The position numbers and the translations under genes are program-made. Below are positions 1-13,940 of a DNA stretch of 64,000 nt, one piece after another. The number at the start of each line of letters is the position of its first letter. The stretch's first letter is position 1. The DNA lies in NCBI RefSeq assembly GCF_006345805.1, contig NC_043015.1, forward strand, positions 51,894,001 through 51,958,000. Reading direction: 5' to 3'. The DNA comes from Octopus sinensis (taxonomy: Eukaryota). The notes beneath the pieces were generated by a model that was not told the DNA's origin, made no database searches, and saw only the letters and a program-made list of their open reading frames with translations.

Positions 1-262
1 GTAGCTATCTGTCTATATCTTTATACACACATATATCTATATACACACACACATATACATACATGTGTGTGTGACTGTGTATATATACATATGTATATAT
101 GTGTAAGTATGCACGTATATATGAATAAATATATTGATATACATGAATGTGTGTACGTATATAGATATATATGTATATATTTATCTCTATATATACATAC
201 GCATCTAATATAATACGAAATATATATATGATATAACATAACACTATATATATACATAATAC

Positions 263-399
<137 letters not shown>

Positions 400-433
400 G
401 CATAATATGTAGAAGTGTAAGGATGATAGCTAG

Positions 434-438
434 CTATT

Positions 439-531
<93 letters not shown>

Positions 532-540
532 GGATGGATG

Positions 541-603
<63 letters not shown>

Positions 604-620
604 GAATGGATAGATAGATG
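434..620. repeat. (GATA)n/(GGAT)n microsatellite, preceded by (TA)n and (GA)n tracts at 1-400
   Basis: Direct tandem tetranucleotide run; explains the YLSI-repeat ORFs. Confidence 0.97.
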
Positions 621-1099
621 CATATGGAGATATGCTTGCGCACGTGTACGTGTATATAATTAGCTAAATAACAACAACAACAACAGCAGCAAAAACAACC
701 ACACAAACAATAACTGTACTGAGAGAGTATAAAAACCAAAATCAAGAAAAGACGAAAGAGAAAACGCAGAGGAAAATTCTACATTAAAAAAAGAGGCTCG
801 AAGAATCGGTATCCCATCAGGCGAACGTTAATATGTAAATAACTGGAGGGCGATTTACAAATGTACGTAGATTAGTGACAAGCTTGGGGAATCATAGCAA
901 TGATATTCAACAAAATTTTGCTTCAGGGTAGAAGGGGAAGTAACTGTGTATGTGCGTAAATATAGATAAGGAAGGTTTAAAATGAACACCCGGGAGTGTG
1001 TGTGTATGTGTGTGTGTATGCGTGTGTATCTATATGTAATGGCGTATGTATGCATGTACGTAAGCATCTACGTATGCGCGTGTATGTATGTATGAATCC

Positions 1100-1178
<79 letters not shown>

Positions 1179-1666
1179 GTGTATATATATATATATATAT
1201 AGTATATATATGTGTGTGTGTGTGTATGTGTGTTTGCTCATTTATATATGTGTGCATGTATATTAAAATAATGTACATACGTAAATGAGAATGCATATGT
1301 GTGTGTGTACGTACATGGATTCACATATACCTGTAGGTGTGTGTGTGTGTATATATATATATGTGTTTCTATATAAAATGCACACTTCACTCGCAGAAGT
1401 ACGTTCAAACATGCACGCATGCGCAGTATACGAAAAGTCTAAAAGCCCACAAACACATACATACACACATACGTATGTATATCAGGTCACGCACGCATAT
1501 ATATTCACACACACGTGCAGGTTCTGATTTAAATAATCACATGTCCGCACACACACATACGTACATTTGAATTAATATAAAACTAACCGTAGAAGCACAC
1601 ATGCGCATTTAACTAATCGTGAATATCAAACAACAAACTGAACTGATTGAAGAATATGTCGTAATC

Positions 1667-1748
<82 letters not shown>

Positions 1749-2164
1749 CATACATATGCATGGTATTAAAGATTGAATGTGTTAGCGTTTATGTGTTTTG
1801 CGTTTAAGCAAGTTTGTTGCACATTCTCGTATGATTCTAAATACTTATATTAGAACGTGTGCCGAAACGTTCGTGCATGTTTGTGCGTGTTTCTGCACAG
1901 AGAGGAAAGAGAGGAGAGAGAAGATAATGTAAAAAAAAGACAGCGAAAGATGTGCATGTATTTCTATATAGTGTCTATATATATATCGGTCTGTCTAGGA
2001 ATCTATCTATCTATCTATCTATCATCTATCTATCATCTATCTATCTATCTATCTACTATCTATCTATCTATCTATCTATCTATATATATATATATACTAT
2101 CTATATATATATATATAATCTGTCTATCTATCAATCTATTATATCTAAAATATCACTATATATA

Positions 2165-2204
<40 letters not shown>

Positions 2205-2340
2205 TGATACATTACACAAGTATATGCAAATACATATATATATGTATATATATATATGTATGTATATATACATATATATATATACATACATATATATATA
2301 TAATATATATATATATATATTATATATACTATATAATATT

Positions 2341-2377
<37 letters not shown>

Positions 2378-2695
2378 CACACGCACATTCACACACCACA
2401 CATACACCCACACACGCGTAAACAGAGGCAAACACATGGATGTTATTGTATTTTCCTATTTATTAGGAAACACCTTATGTTTTCGAATTCTATCTCTGAA
2501 CGTTGAGTTTTCTTTAACGAGTTGTTTTCTTAAATCACATGATCGATGTGATTTGACCTCAGAAATAACGATTATGTATCCGTCGTCACATGCAGCCTAT
2601 GACATTTAACGGCATACAACCATCCATTGTTTGTTAGTTAGAAGTATCCAGTCAAAAGATCACACACAGACACTCAGACACACACAACATATATG

Positions 2696-2752
<57 letters not shown>

Positions 2753-3769
2753 GTATGTGTCTAGATATGTTTGCATGTTTATACACGCACGCGTAAACAC
2801 AGAGACCTACACACACAAACATATAAATATATATTCCGTGCCGCAAGCTGCATTTCCCTATAATGTTGCGAGAAGCCCTTAAAGATTTTAAGATGGCTGC
2901 ATCTTAATTATTAGAATCCAGAATTCATTTTATTCGGCATTCAGTCATCTACTAGTCGCCACACCGCATCACATTAATTCTGTCTGTTATTTATATAACT
3001 GTTTATTTTACTTATACAGCTAGTGATTTACTGATATACATATATATATATAAATTAAATTAGAGATAAAACCACTAATAGGCAAATCATACTGCCTTTT
3101 TCTTTCCCCAATATCTGTGTACACACGCACACATGCACACATACACACGCACACACATACACCCACACTCACACCCACATCGTATATGGTTAATCAGTTA
3201 TAATAGTAATCCTGTTGCCATTTCATTAATCAGGTTCGTATTCATTTCATATTATTTGCTATGTATATCGGGATTTTATTTTCGTTATCCGCTTATAGTT
3301 ATATAATTGTCTGCTTTTATATGTCTAAATTATTTCCTGCTCCAAATTAAGAGTCATTGAATCGTTCACTAAACTATTTTCCTTCCCACACAAGAAGGTC
3401 CCTTCCTAAGAAGTTCTGGATTCGAACTCTCCGTTAGTTCAATTCCTACGGAGCTTGATTCTCAGAAAATGGAAATATAAATGACCATTCAATTCCTTAT
3501 AATTCTAATTCTATCCTAAAATAAAAGAGAAACAAATGCCACAAAATTATTTTTCGACATAAAAGAATGAGTCAATTTTTACTATATATATATATACACA
3601 CAAAATGGTCTTAACATTTTAGTACTTCAACCGGCCATGTTCAGCTCGAAAATTCCACCCGATCTATGATCGAGGTGGCTAGGTCCTCCACCCTACTATA
3701 TCAATATTAAATAAATAGTCATACCATTAAAATCTCGAAGCTACGAGTGCGTGATGCATTCGAAATAAT

Positions 3770-4377
3770 CCTTTCTACTATAGGCACAGGGCCCGAAATT
3801 TGGGGGTAGGGATTGAATCGATTACATCGGCCCCAGTACTCAACTGGTACTTAATTGATCGACCTTGAGGGATGAAAAGCAAAGTCAACCTCGGCGGAAT
3901 TTGAACTGAGAACGTAGCGACGAGCGAAATACAACTAAGCATTCCGTCCAGCGTGTTAACAATTCTTTTCTAATCTAGGCGCAAGGCCCGAAATTTTATG
4001 GGAGGGTGCCAGTCGATTAGATCGACACCAGTATACGAATAGTACTTAATTTATCGACCCTGAAATGATGAAAGGCAAAGTCGACCTCGGCGGAATTTGA
4101 ACTCAGAGCATAAAGACAGACGCAATGCCGCTAAGCATTTCGCCCGGTGTGCTAAAATTTCTTATTTGTTTACTGCCAACAAGGAGCGACAAACAAGGAC
4201 AGACAAACGGATTAAGTCGATTACATCGACATAACTGGTACTTAATTTATCGACTCCAAAAGGATGAAAGGCAAAGTCGATCTCGGCGGAATTTGAACTC
4301 AGAACGTAACGGCAGACGAAATGTCGCTTAGCATTTCGCCCGGCGTGCTAACGTTTCTGCCAGCTCGCCGCCTATTT
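3770..4377 (-). mobile_element. Family A tRNA-derived SINE (Meta-core type), three-monomer array
   Basis: Minus strand reads GGCGGCGAGCTGGCAGAAACGTTAG (A-box-like), GTTCAAATTCC (B-box), then GCCTTTCATCCTTT.GGGGTCGATAAATTAAGTACCAG, resembling the MetaSINE/Sauria core. Flanked by ttcgaaataat at 3759-3769 and 4378-4388. Confidence 0.88.
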
Positions 4378-5020
4378 TTCGAAATAATGCGAATAAATAT
4401 TATATTTGACAGAGACATCTAAATGCTAAAAGTATATGCAGTGTGAGTAAAATACGAAAATAAATCTCAAAAGCTCTTAATGAAAAGATTAGAACGATTC
4501 CATTCATAAATCAACTTAACGAGTGAGACCACCTTGTCCTCTTGAAATCATTTTTTGAGCACGTTTCACCTCAATTCCACCAACAAACTTTAGCAATCGA
4601 CAAAGCAAAAACAATTATTGTCTTCCTGAATTGGAACAGTTTGGAAACCTTCAATATTTTTAGAGAATGAAAATAGAAAATATTATAAGAGTAAGAGAAA
4701 ATATTTTAAATAGAAAGTAATAAACCAAATCAAGTGTGTACTCTCGCTTGATCTACGAAGGTCAAAGTAAATTTAGGCCATTGTGTTTGCAAAGGGCAAT
4801 CAAATACAACAGCTACCATGGAAGTCAACAATGTGAGAATCAAAAACATTTAGGAGGATCGTTTGTAAGTTTGAGAGATGGCCATAGACTCTCTATCGAC
4901 TTTAGTCATCCTTATGGACACGGATAATTTAACACTAGAAGTTTCGCTTTTAACTTTATAATTTCTACGACTGTATTGGATGTGCAATCATGAACATTCT
5001 TTCATGTATATATTTATATA

Positions 5021-5556
5021 CGAGGGTGAGTCAAAAATTAATGCTATTTTGTCCAGGATAGGTATAATTACCAACACAGGAACATGTATCATACATCAAA
5101 ATGAAGCTGGTCCTCTGTGGATCACATTCTTACTTCTCACGATAGTCACCGTTTCAATTAATAGCAATGTTCCACCTTCGAATGAGAGCATGTATCCCTG
5201 CCCCGTAAAATTTTGTTAACTGTTCTTTGAGCCACTTCTTCACTACAGTTTCCACCTCATCGTCACTGGACTATCATTTTTTGGCCCCATGAAAGAGGGT
5301 TTGAGAGGCAAACATTATTCCAGTGATGAGGAAGTGAAAGAGTGGCTCAAAGAATAGTCAACAGTATTTTACGGGGCAGGGATACATGCTCTCATTGGAA
5401 GGTGAAACATTGCTATTGAGAGAAACGGTGACTTTGTTGAGAAGTAAGGATGTGATCCACAGAGGACCAGCTTCATTTTGATGTATGATACATGTTCCTG
5501 TGTTGTTTATTATACCTGTCCTGAACAAAATGGCATTACTTCTTGACTCACCCTCG
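5021..5556. mobile_element. Foldback mariner-derived MITE (two inverted 3' ends)
   Basis: TA-CGAGGGTGAGTCAA...TTGACTCACCCTCG-TA; ~250-bp inverted arms. The right half translates, across small indels, as DY(H).FGPMKEGLRGKHYSSDEEVK, the mariner transposase C-terminus. Confidence 0.9.
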
Positions 5557-5824
5557 TATATATATATGTTTTTTTTACGCAATTTTTTTTTTATAAATGC
5601 TAAAAGACTGTAGTTTGAAATCCTTTATTCGCTGTATTAGCTTATATATAAAATAAATTGCATTACATAAGGATTTTCAACGCCTGTAAAAAAATGACCG
5701 TTATGGTCCTCGTGGTAAGTGAGAAATGTTGGTACTTCAAGTGTTAATGTTCTGTCCTGTTATTCATCCAGCCACTACACAGCAGGATAAAAATCTAGAA
5801 CGACGCTACCGGTTTAGATGTGGT

Positions 5825-5893
5825 TTAATTGATGACCGGAAGCTGATTGGTTTTAATCTGATCTCCGACTCTCAACACATTGTAGGGAATTTC
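5825..5893 (-). CDS. Candidate terminal coding exon (EIPYNVLRVGDQIKTNQLPVIN*)
   Basis: Acceptor tattcttttcAG at 5894; phase-0 frame open to TAA at 5827-5825; AATAAA downstream near 5622-5627. No homology recognised. Confidence 0.2.
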   Translation of the reverse strand, partial: EIPYNVLRVGDQIKTNQLPVIN

Positions 5894-6288
5894 CTGAAAA
5901 GAATATGATAGGATTATCGCAGTTTTTTTTTTTTTTGTCAATATGGATTATAACTTACGGATTGTAGATTATGAAGCAGAAAAGAGAGAAGTAATCGTTC
6001 GGCCTGCTCGTAAAAGAAGCAAATTTCCATAAAATAACACCAATTTCAAATCAGTATGAAATGACACTAAACATGATTACATACGACCAGAGATTTAAAG
6101 ATCTTTGTAATACCGTTGTGTTGTCGCTTAATTGTTTCAGTTACTGGACTACAGCCATGCATCCGCACCGTCTTGGAGGCTCTTTAGTTCAACGGATTGA
6201 CCCCAGTATGTTTTTTAAAGCCTTTCGTTCTCGTTTGCCAAACTGCTTTCAAGTGATGGGAGAAAAACACAGACACAAACACACACAT

Positions 6289-6520
6289 ACTCTTTACTCT
6301 TTACTCTTTACTCTTTTACTCTTTTACTTGTTTCCGTCATTTGACTGCAGCCATGCTGGAGCACCGCCTTTAGTCGAGCAAATCGACCCCGGGACTTATT
6401 CTTTGTAAGCCCAGTACCTATTCTATCGGTCTCTTTTGCCGAACCGCTAAGTGACGGAGACGTAAACACACCAGCATCGGTTGTCAAGCAATGCTAGGGG
6501 GACAAACACAGACACACACA
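6289..6520 (-). mobile_element. Family B (CORE-like) SINE, 3' half
   Basis: GGCGGTGCTCCAGCATGGCTGCAGTC...AAACAAGTAAAAGAGTAAAAGAG tail; abuts a long degenerate (CA)n tract where the head should be. A second decayed tail lies at ~6128-6210. Confidence 0.85.
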
Positions 6521-6899
6521 TATATGCACATTCACACACACACAAACACACACAAGCACGCACAAAAACACACACAGACACAAACACACACAAGCTGCAC
6601 AATCACACCGACACACACAAGCGCATACACCACACACACAAGCACGCACACAAACACACACCACAAGCACGTATATAAACACAGGCACACAAGCACACAC
6701 ACAAACGCACACAGAAGCACACGCACATATACACAGAGAAGCACACACACATACTCGCACAAATGCATACACACAAGCACGCATATAACACACACACACA
6801 CACACAAGTACACACGCGCACCCACATACTCACACAATCACACACTAAAACACACGTCACCGCATACAACACACAAACACACACACACACACACACCAC

Positions 6900-6931
<32 letters not shown>

Positions 6932-6945
6932 CAAACAGCACATGT
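6505..6945. repeat. Degenerate (CA)n expansion
   Basis: ~440 bp of CA-rich repeat continuous with the internal microsatellite of the family B SINE. Confidence 0.9.
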
Positions 6946-7111
6946 ACATGCAGAATAACTTTCAAACTCGCAAACACTGGAAGAAATAAAAAAAATCAAA
7001 ATTTCTCATATTATCAGTATTCAATCAACTGCTTATAACTCGAAGCTCTATGTCATAGCTAATTCTTAACTCTTTCTGACTAATATCCTCCCACAACACC
7101 CACGCACTCAC

Positions 7112-7269
7112 ACCAGGCCACCCCCGCTCCAAAGAAAAATGGAGAGATTGCTAATACGACTAACAGATTCCCTCAAGAAGGAAACAGTCATTAGAGCAGT
7201 CAGTTCGTTTAAGCCGTTATATTTTCTGGATGGTTGAAATTCCAATTCTTCTGGGACCTTATATTCTTG
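7112..7269 (-). CDS. Candidate host exon (158 nt)
   Basis: Acceptor ttttggtttttcAG (7270) and donor GTGAGT (7111). Phase-0 frame fully open: QEYKVPEELEFQPSRKYNGLNELTALMTVSFLRESVSRISNLSIFLWSGGGL. Does not resemble the SINEs in this window. Confidence 0.4.
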
Positions 7270-8044
7270 CTGAAAAACCAAAAGCTTTTCGTTTCCCCAC
7301 CTTGTCAAATCACGACGCCTTGTCACTTTGAGCTGTTAAATCTTCGCGGTTCATTGCAATCGCTGTCAATAAAATGAAAAGTTAACACCAAACGTGTCTT
7401 AAATATAGGACGGTGTCTAATCTCGTATATGTTCGTTGGTCTATATTGTATTTAGCAATTTTTGATGTCATATTTTTACACACGATCCAAAGAGGAGTAC
7501 TTTTGTAAACTAATCGCAAAGAAGGATTTAATCACTCAGCTTTAAGAAGATAAAACGAATTGAAGATTATATTTTAGTGTCAATTAAATCGAATCATTTC
7601 GGATTATACTTCGACGTGTGTTTTGTTTTTGTTCTTCTTTTAACTTGAAAGAAATCGAGTCTTTGTAGAATAATAAATGCTGATTAATTTTAAAGTTATC
7701 GGCTAAAAGATGATGTGATGGTAGAAATCCGCAAAACGATGAATTCGAAGGAGCGGCGGGGTTGTTGGTTGGTTGGTTGGTTGGTTGGTTGGTTGGGTGA
7801 TGAAGAATGTAGCTAAAAGTGAGTGTGGAAATTGCGAAGCTCGATCGCGGATTAGAAAAGTGAGGTGGAGATGTTGTGAGTGGAATGGTAACGGAAGAGG
7901 TGGTAGGGAGAAAGGTACAATGAACTGGGAGATGAGTGTAAAAGACTGAAAAGAATGGAGAGCAGGAAATTTGAAATGAAAGATTAGGATGGGAAGAATA
8001 CGAAACAGGAACTGAAGTGTGTGTGTACGCGGGACGAACTGATA

Positions 8045-8186
8045 TACATACATACATACATACATACATACACACACATACATACATACATACATACATA
8101 CATACATACACACACATACATACATACATACATACATACATACATACATACATACATACATACATACATACATACATACATACATA
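8045..8186. repeat. (CATA)n microsatellite
   Basis: Direct tandem repeat. Confidence 0.97.
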
Positions 8187-8428
8187 AGCGGGCACATTCA
8201 CATGCACGCCTGCACACACGTACATACACACAAACTACACAATATATATTTGATAAAACCTTGTTGAGACCAAAACAATGTGAAATGAAATACGAAAGAG
8301 AACTACAGAAGTGAAGAGAATTCGAAAAATGATGTAAACCTTCTCTGTAGTGTTGTGTTTTCCCTTTTGTAGTTCCACTTTGTATCCCATTTTGGCGTTG
8401 TTTCTATCTAATTCATATCAGAAAATAC

Positions 8429-8520
8429 TTCAACCAAACTATTCTCATATATACATACTTATGCAAACTATAAAAGACTTAGGTGCGTAAGTATGTATAT
8501 ATTAGACTAGTTTGGTTGAA
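8429..8520. other. 92-nt hairpin (37-bp arms, 18-nt loop)
   Basis: ttcaaccaaactattctcatatatacatacttatgca versus the reverse complement of tgcgtaagtatgtatatattagactagtttggttgaa: 3 differences, one of them G:U on the + strand. Confidence 0.8.
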
Positions 8521-8621
8521 TGCACAATAAATAGCAACAGATTTCCTATGGCTCTGGGCAGGGGATTGGCGGAATTGCATACCAAAGAGCTGAAGTAGAA
8601 CTAGTTGCAACACAAGCAACA

Positions 8622-8675
8622 GTTATAGTTTTATCAGGTGATTTCCATCAAGTCTTGCCAGTGATGCCAAAATGA
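8622..8675 (+). pseudogene. Tiny Helitron PIF1-helicase remnant
   Basis: Translates VIVLSGDFHQVLPVMPK, matching the GDFRQxLPV motif of PIF1/Helitron helicases. Confidence 0.55.
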
Positions 8676-8881
8676 AGAAAATCTTGAGAAATCTGCATTT
8701 ATTTTATAGCGTCCGTGGCTGCGCAATGGCAAAAGTCTAATGGTTAGTGACTGTTGACTCACCGCTTTCTTTCAGTAACCACGTGAGAACATAACGCCTG
8801 GATTGAGATCTTGCAGGATCGTGACGAGTTACTTTTATGTCCATGGTGGACTGATTAGATCACGTATCATACAGAGGTACT

Positions 8882-9113
8882 TATTTCTTTATTACCCACA
8901 AGGGGCTAAACACAGAGGGGACAAACAAGGACAGACATAGGTATTAAGTCGATTACATCGACCCCAGTGCGTAACTGGTACTTAATTTATCGACCCCGAA
9001 AGGATGAAAGGCAAAGTCGACCTCGGCGGAATTTGAACTCACAACGTAACGCAGACGAAATACCGCTAAGCATTTCGCCCGGCGTGCTAACGTTTCTGCC
9101 AGCTCGCCCCCTT
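8882..9113 (-). mobile_element. Family A SINE, single full-length monomer
   Basis: Head, Meta-like core and tail; perfect 18-bp TSD gtatcatacagaggtact at 8864-8881 and 9114-9131. Confidence 0.93.
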
Positions 9114-10039
9114 GTATCATACAGAGGTACTGACCAGCTGCACATATCACGCCAAGAATGTGGCCACAATTCAATGTGGACACCGATGTCCTTGATGGTA
9201 ATCCTAGTACTTTTTCTTTCTAAATATCGTGGGACCAATTTGTGAGCAGGTATATCTGTTCACTTATATTTTCGACCCCACGTCACGTTTCTATGTGCTT
9301 TTCTACTTTTAATGGACGTCATTTATTTCCACGTCGCCGATAGAGCCACTGATAGCGTTGCCAGTAACACAGGTTGTTGTAATTAGTGTTGTATGGTTGT
9401 TGTTGTATTAGAAGTACTTCAACATGCAATGCCATCCAATTTCAAGCAGGAGCATAACAAAAGTTCTCCATTAAGATTTGTGATTGAATTAATGAATAAG
9501 ATTAATATTTATAGTGAGTTCGCCATTTTTTATGGATGTGCAGCACACACCTAACACACCCGGAATACACGCCCCTGATTGTCCTCTGATACATCATAAA
9601 CCCCTCACCCTAAAATAAACTCTGAGACAATAAATCATTGAGTTTACGGTGTCTATTGTACAGCAGAGAGAGAGAGAGGAGGGCCATTTTAGCTCTTGGT
9701 GGCAAGACATGTAAAGATCGATTCTCAGTAAAAAATACTATTAAATGTGTTAAATATCATCAGAAACTCCCAAAGATACATAACATTTTCATGAAAGTGA
9801 GAGCTAGGAAAGAGGATTAATATGACAGTGGGAAAATGCTCTTATAGCGTGTTTAAGGTATATATGAGCCAACGAAAAATATGTTAATAATGCAAGCACG
9901 AAGGGTCCCGACAAATACTATATTTGATGGTATAAAAAGTCACACGGACATACTAGACGCCTCCCCCATTTTCAAAACAACTCTTATTCAGGCAAAAATG
10001 CGTTAGCGCATTAAAGAATTGGAATATAAGACCAAATTT

Positions 10040-10258
10040 AAGGTGGTGACTTAGCGGAATCGTTAGAACAGCAGGAAAATTTCTTAACGGTATTTCGTCC
10101 GGTTTTACGTTTTGAGTTCAAATTCTGTCAAGGCCGACTCTGCCTTTATACCCTTTCAGAATCGATATAACGAGTATCATTTGAACACCGAAGTCGACGT
10201 AATCGACTTCTATTCTCTCTAAAAAATTTCTGGCCTTGTGCCAAAATTTGAAACCAGT
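10040..10258 (+). mobile_element. Family A SINE, diverged, plus strand
   Basis: ggtggtgacttagcggaatcgttag...gagttcaaattctgtcaaggccgactctgcctttataccc...ggccttgtgccaaaatttgaaacca. Confidence 0.75.
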
Positions 10259-11062
10259 ATGGGACCAACTTAGCATATAAGGCGCGTAGTGATATTTTGA
10301 GGTATTTCTTCTGGAAACAAAAAAAAGTGCGTTTTTTTATGGAATAAATACAATATTTTACTGATATCAGTTAAAATAGATAACGAACACAGAAAAAGCG
10401 ATGAGGAGTCGACGGGAAGCAGAACTGGGTGATCGAAGATATCGTGTAGACTGAAGAGTTACATGAAAATAGCACGGTTTGTATGGAAGATGGAGTTTAT
10501 GTAGAAGTGGAAAATAACGGACGTCATACACGGTTATGATGAGGTTGGCGATACTACAGGTTTGCTGGAAACATTTACATCATGTATACATGTGAATACG
10601 TTGTATTTACTGATAATTTAACTTAGAAGACGAAAAGCAAAAGATTTGATGCAATTAAAAGAAAATCGTAATACTTTTAAAATATTTAAAGATATTAAAT
10701 TTGAGATAAATTAACAGCGGAACAAATCGTTGATGAGGTATTAAAGGATGTTACAATTACGAATGTTACTGGCAACTGTAAATTAGCCTGTACATCTGCT
10801 GATGATGTCGGTGAATGGTTAGGAATAAAGCATGCAGAGGAAAAGGAGTGATAGAAGATCCATCATTTAAAAGATGGTAGGAAAATACATAGTGGAAATT
10901 TTGAATAACGGAAAGCTAAGGCAAAGAATATTAAAAAACAAATTAAGTCTTAGCTATAACGAATATAAAATATATATGACAAAGGTGTATGCTGTAGTGA
11001 CAGAACAGATAAAGCGAAAAGCAGCAACTGGCCTATCAACAGAGCATATACATTATACATTA

Positions 11063-11402
11063 GTTTTTGAGCACCTTCCGGAGTATTCGAGCGGTTCCGA
11101 TCAGTGCTGTTTTCTGCAAATGCGCCACCTTTATGGCATCCCCTATTTGTTCCATGTACTTCTCAAGATTTTTACTCACTGTTCCCAGTGCTCCGACAAT
11201 TATTGGTACTACTACCACCTTTTTTATCGATCACAACTGCTTAACCTCCCAAACTAACCTGTCATATCTATCGACTTTTCTTACTTCCTTATCGCATACC
11301 TTGTTGTCAGCCCGGCGTGCTATATCTATGATCCAACATAGTTTGCTTTCTTTCTCAATTAAGACTGTGTCTGCCTTCCTATTCTCTATCTCATTGTCAC
11401 AT
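11063..11402 (-). mobile_element. R4/Dong-clade LINE C-terminal remnant (restriction-like endonuclease)
   Basis: CDNEIENRKADTVLIEKESKLCWIIDIA...WEVKQL*SIKKVVVVPIIVGALGTVSKNLEKY...LQKTALIGTARILRKVL: the R4/Dong RLE PD..D region and terminal motif; one premature stop. Confidence 0.88.
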
Positions 11403-11621
11403 TTATTATTATTATTATTGAGTGAGCGAGCAGAGCATGCCATCAAAGTGACACTGGGGTAAAATATACGAAGCCCAGTATACCCATCATGACTACCCGT
11501 CTGATAAGGGTACACCAGGCACATGCATCACAACCATATGTGCACAACATGGTGATCTCATATCAAGATAAACAGCACATGACCTTGCAGGTGGAGCCCA
11601 GTTAGAATTTTCTTCAGATCG

Positions 11622-11625
<4 letters not shown>
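11403..11625 (-). mobile_element. Probable 3' end of a non-LTR retroelement with (AAT)n tail
   Basis: ~200-bp non-microsatellite block ending in (AAT)n on the minus strand and flanked by (ATT)n on both sides; family not established. Confidence 0.45.
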
Positions 11626-12450
<825 letters not shown>

Positions 12451-13003
12451 ACGATTGTGAAAGACGTGACGATAAGAAAAAAGAGCGGATAAGAAGCACA
12501 ACAGACGTAGAGCAGAAGGCAAGGTAAGATTATGGATAGCGACGCCGGCAAAGCCATCGACATGTACAACACAATCATCATTACCAGCACCACAACCACC
12601 ACCACCACCAAGAACAAAAACAACACTAACACCAACACCACAAAAAAACCCAGAAAAACATAGCACCGACATAACCAGCAACATACGCAACAATAGCGGC
12701 ATGAACTATAGGAATCCAGACATCGTCAGCAGACGTAATATATAATATCTGAACGTATTAAAGCCATAGTGAAAGATAGTTTTATCGTAGTCGCAAAATC
12801 ATGATTTCATTGTCGACATTTTGCTACAGGCAAAACCACTAAGGAGTCCATCAGCGTTGGGCTGTTTCTTTCTCCATTTCTCTTTTATCTGAGATGGCTT
12901 ATGCCCATACATATGTGAATGCACATGGATGCATTTATGTGTGAATTTAAGTATATAAATATATATGTAGGTATATATATATATATATATATGTAGGTAT
13001 ATT

Positions 13004-13054
<51 letters not shown>

Positions 13055-13729
13055 ATGTATGTATATATATGTAGATATGTATATATATATATGTATATGT
13101 ACATATGTATATATATATGCATATATATATATATATATATATAGATATATATGTATATATGTATACACATTTTATATGCATACGTTACCTTGGATTTATG
13201 TATATATAAAGAGAGAAACAGAAATCTGTGTGAATATATGTATATATATGGTTGCGTGTGTGTATATGTGTGTCTCTGTGTGCTTTTATATGTGTCTATG
13301 TCAATGCGTGTGTCTTCAGATTTTCTGTGTGTGTTTTTGTGTGTGTATGATAGTACAGATATTTCCCGTAGCTATGCAACACAAGTGTCTCCTGTTTTTA
13401 AGGTAAGCTAGACTAAGAAACTTTTTTCATTAATTAAGATAGCTTTCAGACAATCGTATCGATTATCGCAACTTCAAAGGGAAGGAAGGAAAAAAATGTA
13501 AAAAAAACATTAAAAAAACAGAAAACCACAAAGAAATGCAATGTATAAATATATGACCGAAAAAAAGCAAGTAAAAAAATAACAAAAGCAACAATGATAA
13601 AATAGTAATAAAGCAATAATAATGAGGAAACTGATGACGATGCTGATGATGGAGACCATGCCAATGATGATGATTATGATGAGGACGACGATGATGATAA
13701 TGATGATGATGATTATGTTAATATAATAA

Positions 13730-13940
13730 TCCTTTCTATCAAATGCACAAGGCCTGCAATCTTATAGGGAAAGGCTAGTTGGTTACATCGATCCCAGTAT
13801 TTCACTGGTACTTAATTTGTCGACCCCGAAAAGATGAAAGGCAAAGTCAACTTCGGTTTGAACTCACAACGTAGCGACGTTCGAAATACGGTTACATTTT
13901 TTGTTCAACGTGCTAACGATCCTGCCAGACAACCGCCTTA
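13730..13940 (-). mobile_element. Family A SINE, diverged
   Basis: Meta-like core ttaatttgtcgaccccgaaaagatgaaaggcaaagtcaac plus tRNA-like head. Confidence 0.8.

Noticed and set aside
4560-4680. Minus frame LKILKVSKLFQFRKTIIVFALSIAK resembling a channel S4 helix
   Set aside because: Bounded by stops, no acceptor upstream of LKILK, and only a weak donor; probably chance.
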